Of a DNA stretch of 64,000 nucleotides, positions 10,907 through 19,800 are shown piece after piece. Every line of letters begins with the position of its first letter. Position 1 is the stretch's first letter. Location of the stretch: positions 2,400,001-2,464,000 of the forward strand of contig OY820579.1 in NCBI GenBank assembly GCA_963681965.1, given 5' to 3'. The stretch is from a bacterium (GTDB taxonomy: Bacteria; Electryoneota; JAOADG01). Made by a program: the position numbers and the translations under genes. The notes beneath the pieces were generated by a model. That model did not search any database. It saw only the letters and a list, made by a program, of their open reading frames with translations, and was not told where the DNA came from.

Positions 10907-10946
10907 ATCCAATATTGACGAATAACTATTTGTCGCTGTTAACAGC

Positions 10947-10974
10947 AAAAAGGCGGAACTTCGGTTCCGCCTTT
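10947..10974. terminator. Bidirectional intrinsic terminator
   Basis: AAAAAGGCGGAAC-TTCG-GTTCCGCCTTT between convergent genes. Confidence 0.85.
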
Positions 10975-10997
10975 CGTAATTACTGAATTGAGTGGTT

Positions 10998-13208
10998 TTA
11001 CTTGATCAAAACGATCTTGCGAACCGCTTCGTTGTTACCGGCGGTAAGCTTCAGGAAATAGGTACCGGTTGCAAGATGGCTGCAATCGATCGTTTCTCGG
11101 TAACTACCGGCACCAAGGCGCTCATTGCGCACAACCATGACTTCCCGACCGGTCAGATCGAATAACTTGATTGCGACGCGATTTGCCTTAGCCAGCGTAA
11201 AGTCAACTGAGGTTGTTGGATTGAACGGGTTCGGATAAGCATTACCGACTTGGAACGTCGCCGGAAGTGTTACATCCGGTGCTGCACTGCCGGAAATCGT
11301 TAAGGTGACTGGAACAACGACCGGTACAATATTTCCGGAGAAAGTAAATGCTCCGGTGTGTACGGAACCAGCTGTCATGTTCTGTGAATTCCACAATACT
11401 GGAACGGTAGTCGATTGACTCGGTTGCAGGCTGAATGTTGTTTGAATTGGATTTGCCCAGTAAGGTGAGAATTGAATCCGGATCGCGTTGTTCGATGGAA
11501 TGAACGTGGACGGATTGAGGGTTGAATTATAAATATTGACGAATCGCGATCGATCCTCGCTTTGAATACCGATTGCGGTATTGTAATCGGCGATGCTAAT
11601 CGTGCCGTATTGCAATAAAATCGTGCCGTCTTCGTAGAGTGCACACTGCGCGTTGATCCGGGTCGTGACGCCACTGTAACGGCGGGCATTGATCCATGAG
11701 AAGATCACGCGTTCGTTTTGGGAATCGTATACGATCTTTGTGCTGCCGGTGTCCTGAGCGACCCATAGATCGTTCCAGAATACGGCGATACACGATTCCA
11801 CGTAATTGCTCGGGAACGGCTGACGTCGCCAGGAATTCGCATCGGTAATTTGATTGAAGGAGAGGATACCGTTTGCATTCATATAGACAGTCGAATAGTT
11901 ACTGCCATAGAACGGGAATACGAACGGAAGATCGTACGAGATCGTCGCATCGTTGCCCATCGCCCCATCATCCCCCCCGGTAGTATCGATCCAGCGATAA
12001 GCCGGACCACCGGAATTTGCCGTCTGCAAATAGGTAAAGTTGTTGAGTCCGGTATTCGACGTAAGAGTGCCACTATACGGAATCGAACCGGTATTGGTAA
12101 CCGTCAACGTTTGCGTCAGCGTGTCGTTAACTGCTAGCGTCGTGGTGAAGGGGGTAGGCGTTACCGTGATAGATGTAGCACTCGCAATCTTGAAATTACC
12201 GGCAAGTGTGTCGGCATTGCGCGGTCGTCGAATTGACTTGACGATGATGCGTGCACTGTCGGTGGAAGCACCATTCACATTCCACTCACAGTATCCATTG
12301 TTGGGAACGTTGGCAGCGATAGTATCCCACGTACCCGACGGATAATGCCGATTGAGCAGAATATTCATCGTATCGGTGTAGAAAGAATTCCAGATAATCG
12401 GGAAAGTGTGTTCGATAAATGCCATCTGCTGCGGTGCCGGTGACGTGATTCCGTGGCAACGCGTTGACTGCAATACTTCGCGGGAAGAAGTGTTCTGCAC
12501 GAAGGCAATGATACTGCAACTATCGATATTGTAGGGTTCGGTACCAGTCGTACGCGGCGCGAAACGGGTCGTGAACGTAAGGGTATCGGACGTTGAACCG
12601 GAATGGGTAAAAGGAAAACCGGCAACCGATGGTTTTGCCGAAATAAACGGGTAATCCCAGGTGTTGACTCCGTTCGGTGCGGCAGTTGCCCACACTTCGT
12701 GGATTTCAGTCAAATATATTTTTAGGAAAGTGCTACTGGTGATTGCTTGATTGGCAACTGCTTTCACCGTCACGACCAGTGTATCGTTCGTGGTCGGAAC
12801 GACACTGACCTTAAGCCAGACTGGTGACGGGAGTGCGTTGCGGGTATTGACAGCAGTCGTGATCAAGTTCGGTGTAGAAGAAGCACCGAAACCGACGATT
12901 ACGTTACCGTCGATCGCGAAAGTAGGATAACCGGTTACACCGTAAGTATTTCGAAGTGTATCGGCTTGTCCGGTGTTGGCTAAGTACCACGGATCATTGG
13001 GTCCCGGGTAATTTTCATGATACTGGATGTATTGGACTGTACCTTGCCCCGCAAGGTATGGGACGAGCCACGTATGGGCTGTCGCACAGAACGATCAAGA
13101 GTAGTTCGTGTAGTCTTCCAGTAGTACGGTGCGGGGATACGCAAAACCGAGCGCAGCCATCGCGACTACCAGAAGCAACACTGCACCAATAGTAGCACTT
13201 TGCTTCAT
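10998..13208 (-). CDS. Predicted exported selenoprotein (736 aa, Sec38): signal peptide, Omp28/thioredoxin-like UxxC domain, Ig-like and nidogen-like domains, T9SS-type CTD
   Basis: ATG at 13208 with GGAG RBS. In-frame TGA at 13097-13095 gives RTVLLEDYTNYS-U-SFC. The frame stays open for 77 codons into ORF 10998..12866 and includes YH...PGPNDPWY and YGVTGYPTFAIDG (thioredoxin cis-Pro loop). Confidence 0.85.
13040..13083 (-). promoter_or_regulatory. Candidate SECIS hairpin(s) downstream of the in-frame UGA
   Basis: Hairpin A (13083-13062) GACAGCCCA-UACG-UGGCUCGUC starts after an 11-nt spacer from the UGA. Hairpin B (13058-13040) is UACCUUGC-GGG-GCAAGGUA, a perfect 8-bp stem. Confidence 0.5.
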
Positions 13209-13372
13209 AATGATCTCCGGGTTAATCGAGTGAATTGCTATTTTAAGTGAAAATTCAACATGAAAAGTAACCAATTCCGGTTGGATTCTCAATCGAAAAT
13301 TGAATTTTAGAAAAAAAGTGAGAGTGGGGAGGGTGTATCGGTTTAGTACAGGAATGTCATAATTGAACATAT

Positions 13373-13415
13373 AAAAAAAGACTCGCAAGATGCTGTAGTA
13401 CAGCTCAAGCGAGTC
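13373..13415 (-). terminator. Intrinsic terminator after the SDR gene
   Basis: Minus strand GACTCGC..GCTGTA/TACAGC..GCGAGTC followed by TTTTTTT. Confidence 0.65.
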
Positions 13416-13478
13416 CGATTGTCTTACACAGGAAATATCAGGAAAAGAATACGAACTATCTATTGTAAATAAAAATAA

Positions 13479-14228
13479 TTATGCGATAATCGAATAACCG
13501 CCATCGACAGTGATGGTCTGACCGTGGATCATCTTCGCCATCGGGCTACAAAGAAACAGGGCAACATCCGCAACATCGTCCGGAGTGACCAGTCGACCTG
13601 CCGGGGTACGGTGTAACGAGTTTTTCAAGATCTCGTCGCGGTGCGGGAAATGCGAGAGTGCATCGGTGTCGACAACACCTGCCGATAGCACGTTGACATT
13701 GATGTTGCGCGGGGCAAGTTCGACAGCTAGATGGCGGACGAGGGATTCTAACGCTGCTTTCGACGCACCAACCGCGGCATATTGCGGTAGCGCTCGGGTA
13801 GCGCCAAGCGAACTGACGGCGACTATTTTCCCGCCGTGTTCCATCAACTTGACGGAATTCTGAACGAGTGGCAAAAACGCCCCGGCATTGATTCCAAGTG
13901 TCCATTCCCAATGACGGTAGGTCAGCTCCAAGCCCGGTTTAATCACGCCACTGGCGGCATTTGAAATAAGTATGTCGAGCCGTCCGTAGTGCTTGGCGAT
14001 TTCTTCGAACATTGCCGGTTGTTTTTCAACTTCCGCGACATTCCCTTTCAGCAGCAGGCAGTGCGAGCCAGCTTCTTCGATTGCCTGAGCCGTCTCTTCG
14101 GCGGCTTTGCGATTGCGGAGGTAGTTAATGGCGATGTCGGCGCCGGCTTGTGCCAAGCGAACTGCGATCGCGCGACCGATGCCGCGCGAACCACCAGTGA
14201 TGAAGGCGACTTGTTTAGCGAATTTCAT
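13479..14228 (-). CDS. fabL: SDR family oxidoreductase, enoyl-ACP reductase FabL-like
   Basis: TGGSRGIG, NAASGV, YAAVGASKAALESLVR (Y-x6-K), VDTDAL.HFP, typical of FabL. Confidence 0.75.
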   Translation of the reverse strand: MKFAKQVAFITGGSRGIGRAIAVRLAQAGADIAINYLRNRKAAEETAQAIEEAGSHCLLLKGNVAEVEKQPAMFEEIAKHYGRLDILISNAASGVIKPGLELTYRHWEWTLGINAGAFLPLVQNSVKLMEHGGKIVAVSSLGATRALPQYAAVGASKAALESLVRHLAVELAPRNINVNVLSAGVVDTDALSHFPHRDEILKNSLHRTPAGRLVTPDDVADVALFLCSPMAKMIHGQTITVDGGYSIIA

Positions 14229-14261
14229 AGATATTCCAATAGCGAATCAATCGAAAAAAAA

Positions 14262-14594
14262 TTACTCTTGAACCAGTGTCCAGCGGTTACCATAAGGGTC
14301 TTCGAATACTGCCAAATCGACCGGTTCTCCGGCACCACCCGGTTCCTCGACCTCGATCCCGCGTTCCTTCAATTCATTGATCGACGCTTCAAGCGATTCA
14401 ACCACGACACTGATATCGGTACCCTGCAAGACTTCTTCGACTTCATCCAGCACCAGCGTGGTGTCGCCGATGGCAAAGCCGACGAAGTCCTCTTCGTCGA
14501 ATAGTTCGGGTAAACCGATCGTCATGGCATAGAATTCGCGAGCTTCTGCGATATCGGTTACCGGCAGGAAAATTGTGTCGACGCGTAGGAACAT
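14262..14594 (-). CDS. VOC/glyoxalase family protein
   Basis: Start MFLRVDTIFLPVTDIAEAREFY at 14594 with GGAG RBS; C-terminal FEDPYGN. The longer ORF call overlaps the tRNA. Confidence 0.85.
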   Translation of the reverse strand: MFLRVDTIFLPVTDIAEAREFYAMTIGLPELFDEEDFVGFAIGDTTLVLDEVEEVLQGTDISVVVESLEASINELKERGIEVEEPGGAGEPVDLAVFEDPYGNRWTLVQE

Positions 14595-14652
14595 TATATC
14601 TCCAATCCGATTATTGGTGATGGTGTAGGGTGAATGTATATAATGAAATACG

Positions 14653-14700
14653 AAAACCGGACCGGCGCGGAATAATACTGGCAATTCAGCGCGAGTCCGG
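14653..14700 (-). terminator. Hairpin plus T-tract directly 3' of tRNA-Sec
   Basis: Minus strand CCGGACTCGCGCTGAATT...ATTCCGCGCCGGTCCGG followed by TTTT. Confidence 0.5.
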
Positions 14701-14707
14701 TGATACA

Positions 14708-14803
14708 TGGCGGGAGCGTCTGGGAATCGAACCCAGCCGAGAGGTTTCCCCCTCACAACCGGCTTTGAAGGCCGTGGCGTCCACCAGAACCGCAGCCACT
14801 CCC
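14708..14803 (-). tRNA. selC: tRNA-Sec (anticodon UCA)
   Basis: 96-nt GGGAGTGGCTGCGGTTCTGGTGGACGCCACGGCCTTCAAAGCCGGTTGTGAGGGGGAAACCTCTCGGCTGGGTTCGATTCCCAGACGCTCCCGCCA: CTTCAAA anticodon loop, 4-nt TGGT D-loop, long variable arm, TTCGATT T-loop, G discriminator, encoded CCA. Confidence 0.93.
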
Positions 14804-14851
14804 AAAATCAAATTGTACTAAGATACGTAAAATGAACTGAAATATACAGTG

Positions 14852-16570
14852 TTACTTCAATAAGACGATCTTCTGCGATTTTGATGCGCCATTCGCTTGT
14901 AACCGGACAAAATAAGTTCCCGATGGGAGCGACTTGCCATCGATGGTGACGCGATACGATCCGGCTTGTTGTTGGAAATGGGTCGATTGGAATACTTCAC
15001 GACCATTCAAATCGTAGATCTGAATCGACTGCAGTGGTGAATGAAGTGTCGTGATCTGCAACGTAACGGATGAATTAAAGGGATTGGGATAAGCTTTTAC
15101 AGCGAAACTGTCGATTATTGAAGCCGATGGATCAGAATTGACGCTGTTGACATGCAGTAGCGGTTTCGAAAAATCGACGACTTGATACCACATCGTATCG
15201 GAACCAAACGAATTGGTGGCGACCACCTGAAATTGAGCCGATCGATAAATTTGATTCGATGTTGCCGGAATCGTGACGACATTATTTTGCATCGTGATTC
15301 CCGGCCAGGCATTCACCATCTGGTAGCCAGCGATACCGGATGCGCTGTCAAAGCGTATCGTATCGCGTTGAACAGTACCATTAATCCGGAACGACTTTCC
15401 TTCAAATGGAATAAAGCGAGGAAGATATTGAGTCGTACTCCCGACGCGGAACGATTTTGTATATGTAGCTGAACTCGTCACGATTCGCGCTTCCCAGATT
15501 CCGTAATCAGCCGAAGTGACATAGCCGCTGAAATTCCAATACCAATAGAACCAGGCATATTGATAGCGATTGGCGATCGATGTGTTCGATTGGCTGTAAA
15601 CACGACCGGATGGGGTTCGTAGCGAAATCGTATACGTATCGCCTGCCTGATTCTGGTCTTGGAACCAGCACATGATGTAGGGTTCGGATGCTCCGATCTG
15701 CAGGGGTTGCGAAAAGCCATTTTTCAAATACGACATGGAGACGTCATTGAGGCTGCCGCCAGCAGCCGCCTGCGTTGTCACTCCCATATCGAAGACGCGC
15801 ATGGGGAGAGTACCGACATAGGGTTCTTGAACCGACCAAAGTGACGGGAGCGGGTTATTAGTACCGAACCACGGATCGCGAGTGACCCAGTTACTATTTT
15901 CATACTGCCCGAGTTCGAAATGAAGGTGCGCATCGGTCGACATCCCGGAACTGCCTACCAGACCAAGTTGATCTCCCTGTTGTATGGTCTCTCCGACTTG
16001 GACGGTCGGAGAATTGGTGCGCATATGCCAATAATAAGCGTAGGAGTTGTCGCTGTGACGAATGATGACATAATTCGCCGGCGGATAGGGTGGATTGCCC
16101 CAATTGGTATTGCGGTCGAATTCCTGATATGCTACTCCGGCTACTACTCCGGGTGCTGCGGCATAAATTGGTATGCCGCGATCCATTTGCCGGAAATTCA
16201 ACAAACAGTAATCGGTACCACGATGACCATCGTAAGAATGGGGATTTCCCATAAAGTCGCGAATAGCCGATGAAGTATCGTCGTCGACATAGTTGACTAG
16301 TACTAGTTTTTCATTCATCCGTATACTAAGTGGCCAACCGAATAAGGGATAATTTACTTCCTGAATGATGGGTGACGAACTGCGCGATTTGGAAAGATAT
16401 TCTTCTAATGGCTTCGGTGGATAGAGAGCGGGTGGTACTGCATTGACCGTCATCGCGGGAGAGGTGATAACATGTTCGATACCAACACCGTCGGCATCTG
16501 AAGCAAATGCAAGTGAAGTAGTCAAAGTGAGAAGAAAAAAGGTTCCGATGAAGAGACTTACGGTTTTCAT
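14852..16570 (-). CDS. Secreted M23 family metallopeptidase with T9SS-type CTD
   Basis: Signal peptide; HRGTD (HxxxD), YWHM, GSSGMSTDAHLHFE (HxH); YPNPFNS...KIVLLK. Confidence 0.88.
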   Translation of the reverse strand: MKTVSLFIGTFFLLTLTTSLAFASDADGVGIEHVITSPAMTVNAVPPALYPPKPLEEYLSKSRSSSPIIQEVNYPLFGWPLSIRMNEKLVLVNYVDDDTSSAIRDFMGNPHSYDGHRGTDYCLLNFRQMDRGIPIYAAAPGVVAGVAYQEFDRNTNWGNPPYPPANYVIIRHSDNSYAYYWHMRTNSPTVQVGETIQQGDQLGLVGSSGMSTDAHLHFELGQYENSNWVTRDPWFGTNNPLPSLWSVQEPYVGTLPMRVFDMGVTTQAAAGGSLNDVSMSYLKNGFSQPLQIGASEPYIMCWFQDQNQAGDTYTISLRTPSGRVYSQSNTSIANRYQYAWFYWYWNFSGYVTSADYGIWEARIVTSSATYTKSFRVGSTTQYLPRFIPFEGKSFRINGTVQRDTIRFDSASGIAGYQMVNAWPGITMQNNVVTIPATSNQIYRSAQFQVVATNSFGSDTMWYQVVDFSKPLLHVNSVNSDPSASIIDSFAVKAYPNPFNSSVTLQITTLHSPLQSIQIYDLNGREVFQSTHFQQQAGSYRVTIDGKSLPSGTYFVRLQANGASKSQKIVLLK

Positions 16571-16711
16571 CCTGCAGGCTCCTTAGTTGGCATTAGGTAT
16601 AAAAGTAGTTTAAATGAGTGTAAGAGACAATGTTTTTCGGGGTGCTATTCACTTTTTTTGGGCAGTTTCGAGACTGGCACGGAAAATCGAAGCATTTCGG
16701 TGCAATTAACG

Positions 16712-16742
16712 AAAAACGGTGTACTCATCAGTACACCGTTTT
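16712..16742 (-). terminator. Intrinsic terminator
   Basis: AAAAACGGTGTAC-TCATCA-GTACACCGTTTT. Confidence 0.7.
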
Positions 16743-16769
16743 CGAATTGAAGATGTTCAATATTGTGGT

Positions 16770-16869
16770 TCATGAAAATATGTTGTCATGAATTGGTGTC
16801 AGGCTTCGCCTGACCTGCGGGCGGACACGGGGGACCGCCCCTACTACCGATAACAACTTATTTTCAAGA
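16770..16869. repeat. 100-bp palindromic element, copy 1 (17-bp inverted ends around a GTAGGGGCG REP-like unit)
   Basis: Closely matches 22563..22661 and the reverse complement of 51601..51700. Confidence 0.85.
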
Positions 16870-16889
16870 GAAACTATACTATCTCGAAA

Positions 16890-19800
16890 TCACTTCAAGA
16901 TGACCATTCTTTGTGTCTGCGACCATCCTTCGCAATTCAACCGGTAGAAATAGACACCCGATGCCAAACCAGACCCGTTGAAGCGGGTGGAATGATAACC
17001 GGCGGGAAGTTTTCCATCCACCAATCGAGCAATCTCACGTCCGTTCAGATCGAATACGACTAACTGCACACTGCTCGCTTCCGGTAAATCAAAGCGAATT
17101 TCAGTCAGTGGATTGAACGGATTCGGGTAATTCGGATGTAGTGCAATTTTCTCCGGTAAACCGAGCAAACGATGGGGATCGGTACCATTGAAGATGACGT
17201 TCGCATTCACTGAGACGACGCGGGTACTGCAATCATTGGTCGAGAAAATGATGTCACCGATGATCCGATCATTGATGTGATAAGTCGTATCGAGTGTTAT
17301 TGTCACATTGATATTATTAACCGAAGATCCGGGTGCAACGACTCCGGAATCGGGCGATACCGTTAACCAATTACGAAGCGGTGCATAGTTCGGATAGAAA
17401 TATGCCAAACCCCAACCGTTCATATTGGTCGGGAGCCCTTGACCGGCGGATGCACCGTAATAATTCTGGATGTAATAGCGATTTGCACCGGTACTGCCCT
17501 GAATACCGACGGTTGCCGACATTTGACTTACCGGAACACGATCGTATAAGAACACGATCGCTCGGTTGTTTGCATGGAATTGTGCTTCAAAGCGAACCGT
17601 GTCGGTTTCGTGACCAATGCGATTGCCGACCCACTCCAGAATAAAGACGTTATTGACTGCATCGTAAAACTTATAGACAGACGCTTCAAGATCGTCCCAG
17701 AGCGGCATCACGGCATTGATTGCGGTTTCGGTAGGAAGCGGCAAGTTGACGCGGCTGCCGAGTGGATCGTCGCTATTGATGAATTGCGCAACACCATTGG
17801 TGTTGACCCGAATCCGGTTATACTGAGTGCCATAATAATAGAAATTGAAGCCGTCCATTTGCGTCATGATTGCTTCGTCATCGCCTTGCAGTACTAGTGT
17901 ACCGGTGGATGCAATATTTCGGAATGTCAACCATTCGGGGAAATTGATTTCGGATAAGTCGTAACAGTAGTAGCCGAAACTATCGGGACCCCAGAATTGA
18001 TCGACCGATTGAATTACCGGTTGAGTGGTTTCTTCCTGCCCGGGAATCTTAGGCTGATGTTCGATTGCCAGCGTCTGAGCCGGAAGGGGTGAGGGGAGGA
18101 TTGCCGCACGAGCATCGATACTGGGATCGAATCTTTCGCGACGCCATGAAGAACCGGATCGAAGCAATGACGTTCGATTTCGGGTTGTCACTTTCCAATT
18201 GAGTGGTGCATCGCCACTATTGGTGATAGTGAGCGGAACGGTAGTCACGCCGTTGGTCGGTGTCTGCAAATCGAATGATGTTGGTGTGGTCGAGATCGAT
18301 GGATGTCGGACCGTATCGGAAATCGAGGTCGTAGTGCTACTCGTGATCGAGAACGCATGATAAATAGTATCGGGAACGAAGCAGCTCGCGACAATTTTCG
18401 CAACCCAATTCCCGGGTTGCAGAGCAATTGAATAGTATCCGTTTGCCAGCGATGTGGCAGTCCACTGATTTGCCACACTGATTTGGGCACCGGCTAATGG
18501 CAAGCCATTACCGCGAACGATTCGACCGGATAACGATCCGTTGCTTCGCTGTGTCGACCAGAAACCGATACTGGAACTTGACGTCGGTCGAAATACTCCC
18601 GTGCCATTCAGATTGAGTTGGAAACCTTGTGTTCCAGTTTGATCTTCGATGCCGATTCCATAGTCGGAGAAAGATGGTGAATACTGATACGCGAAATATA
18701 TTGCTCCTGATTGATCCAGCCGCACTTGGAAATTACCTGCCGATGCTTGAGATGGTGCATGGAGGATGGATGTATAAGAGACGATAAAGAGACCATTCAG
18801 CGTATTGATTTTGACCGATCCACTGCTGCAATCAAGATCGCCCCAGAGTGGCGCAATCACGGCATTGGGAAGATCTGACGAGGGGAATCCGGGGCACTGG
18901 CGTGGATACCATTGCGGTGAAGTGAATGAAAGGAAACCGTTCGACGAGATATAGACTGAATCGTAATTGACACCGAAGAACGGGAACGAGAATCCGAGCG
19001 GTACCCGAACGGAACCATCGACGCGAAGACCCAAGTCGGTCCAGTTGGTGGTATTGTACCAGGTATAATTTACCGTCGACCACGGTTGTTGAATCGAGAT
19101 AAAGAATGGATCGGATTTTTCCGACACATTTGCCGGAATGGCATCGTCGAATGCCTCGATCCGGTAAGTGTACCCGCGATTGTTGGATGGCGGATCGTAA
19201 ACGAACGAATCGATATTTGCTGCGACTGTACCAATTAATGTAGTATCGCGATAGATCTTGTACCCGGTAAGATCGACACATGGCGTACTATCGGCATTGG
19301 TCGTAACCGGACTCCAGCGCAGAAGCAGCGTCGTATCGACAATTGATGCGGTTAGATACGCCGGTTTTGCTGGTGGCATGTTGTAGGTGGCAAGCGCCGA
19401 ATCGGGACAGAGCGCGATGAATGCCGGAGCAGTGTAGACTGCGGCAACATTATACCAACTGTAGATTCCTTCGCCACGGCTACCACGCGAACTATCAATA
19501 TACTCGTAAATATTCGGTGCAAGATTTGCCAGTAACGTATCGTTGCGATAGATGCGGTATCCACTCAGTGATGCAATTTCATCCTCAGTCGAACCGGGCG
19601 CCTGCCAGTTCATAATGATCCGATCGTCGTGGAATCCATCGCCCATAAAACCGGCGGGTGGCTGATTTGAAATCGGTCGCAATAATATCGTCAGATTGGT
19701 GTCGAGATTAGATCTCAATTGAAACTCAATCGTTCGAGAATGATACCCAAAAGCACTGGCGATAACAGAAACGGGAAGTGCATTCACATTGAGGAATTGA

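Noticed and set aside
13095-13097. TGA read as Trp or Gly through a genome-wide alternative genetic code
   Set aside because: TGA ends many genes at their expected C-termini (uvrA, deoB, mnmA, the CTD of 16890) and Trp is encoded by TGG, so any recoding is site-specific.
13209-13388. N-terminal 60 aa of the ORF called at 13095..13388
   Set aside because: It overlaps a terminator and AT-rich intergenic DNA; the ATG at 13208 has an RBS and starts a signal peptide.
14708-14735. selC as an integration site for an island
   Set aside because: No duplicated tRNA 3' end and no integrase noticed.
14595-14821. ORF extensions across the tRNA (14262..14756 long form, 14630..14821)
   Set aside because: Explained by tRNA-Sec and its trailer hairpin; the VOC domain starts at 14594.
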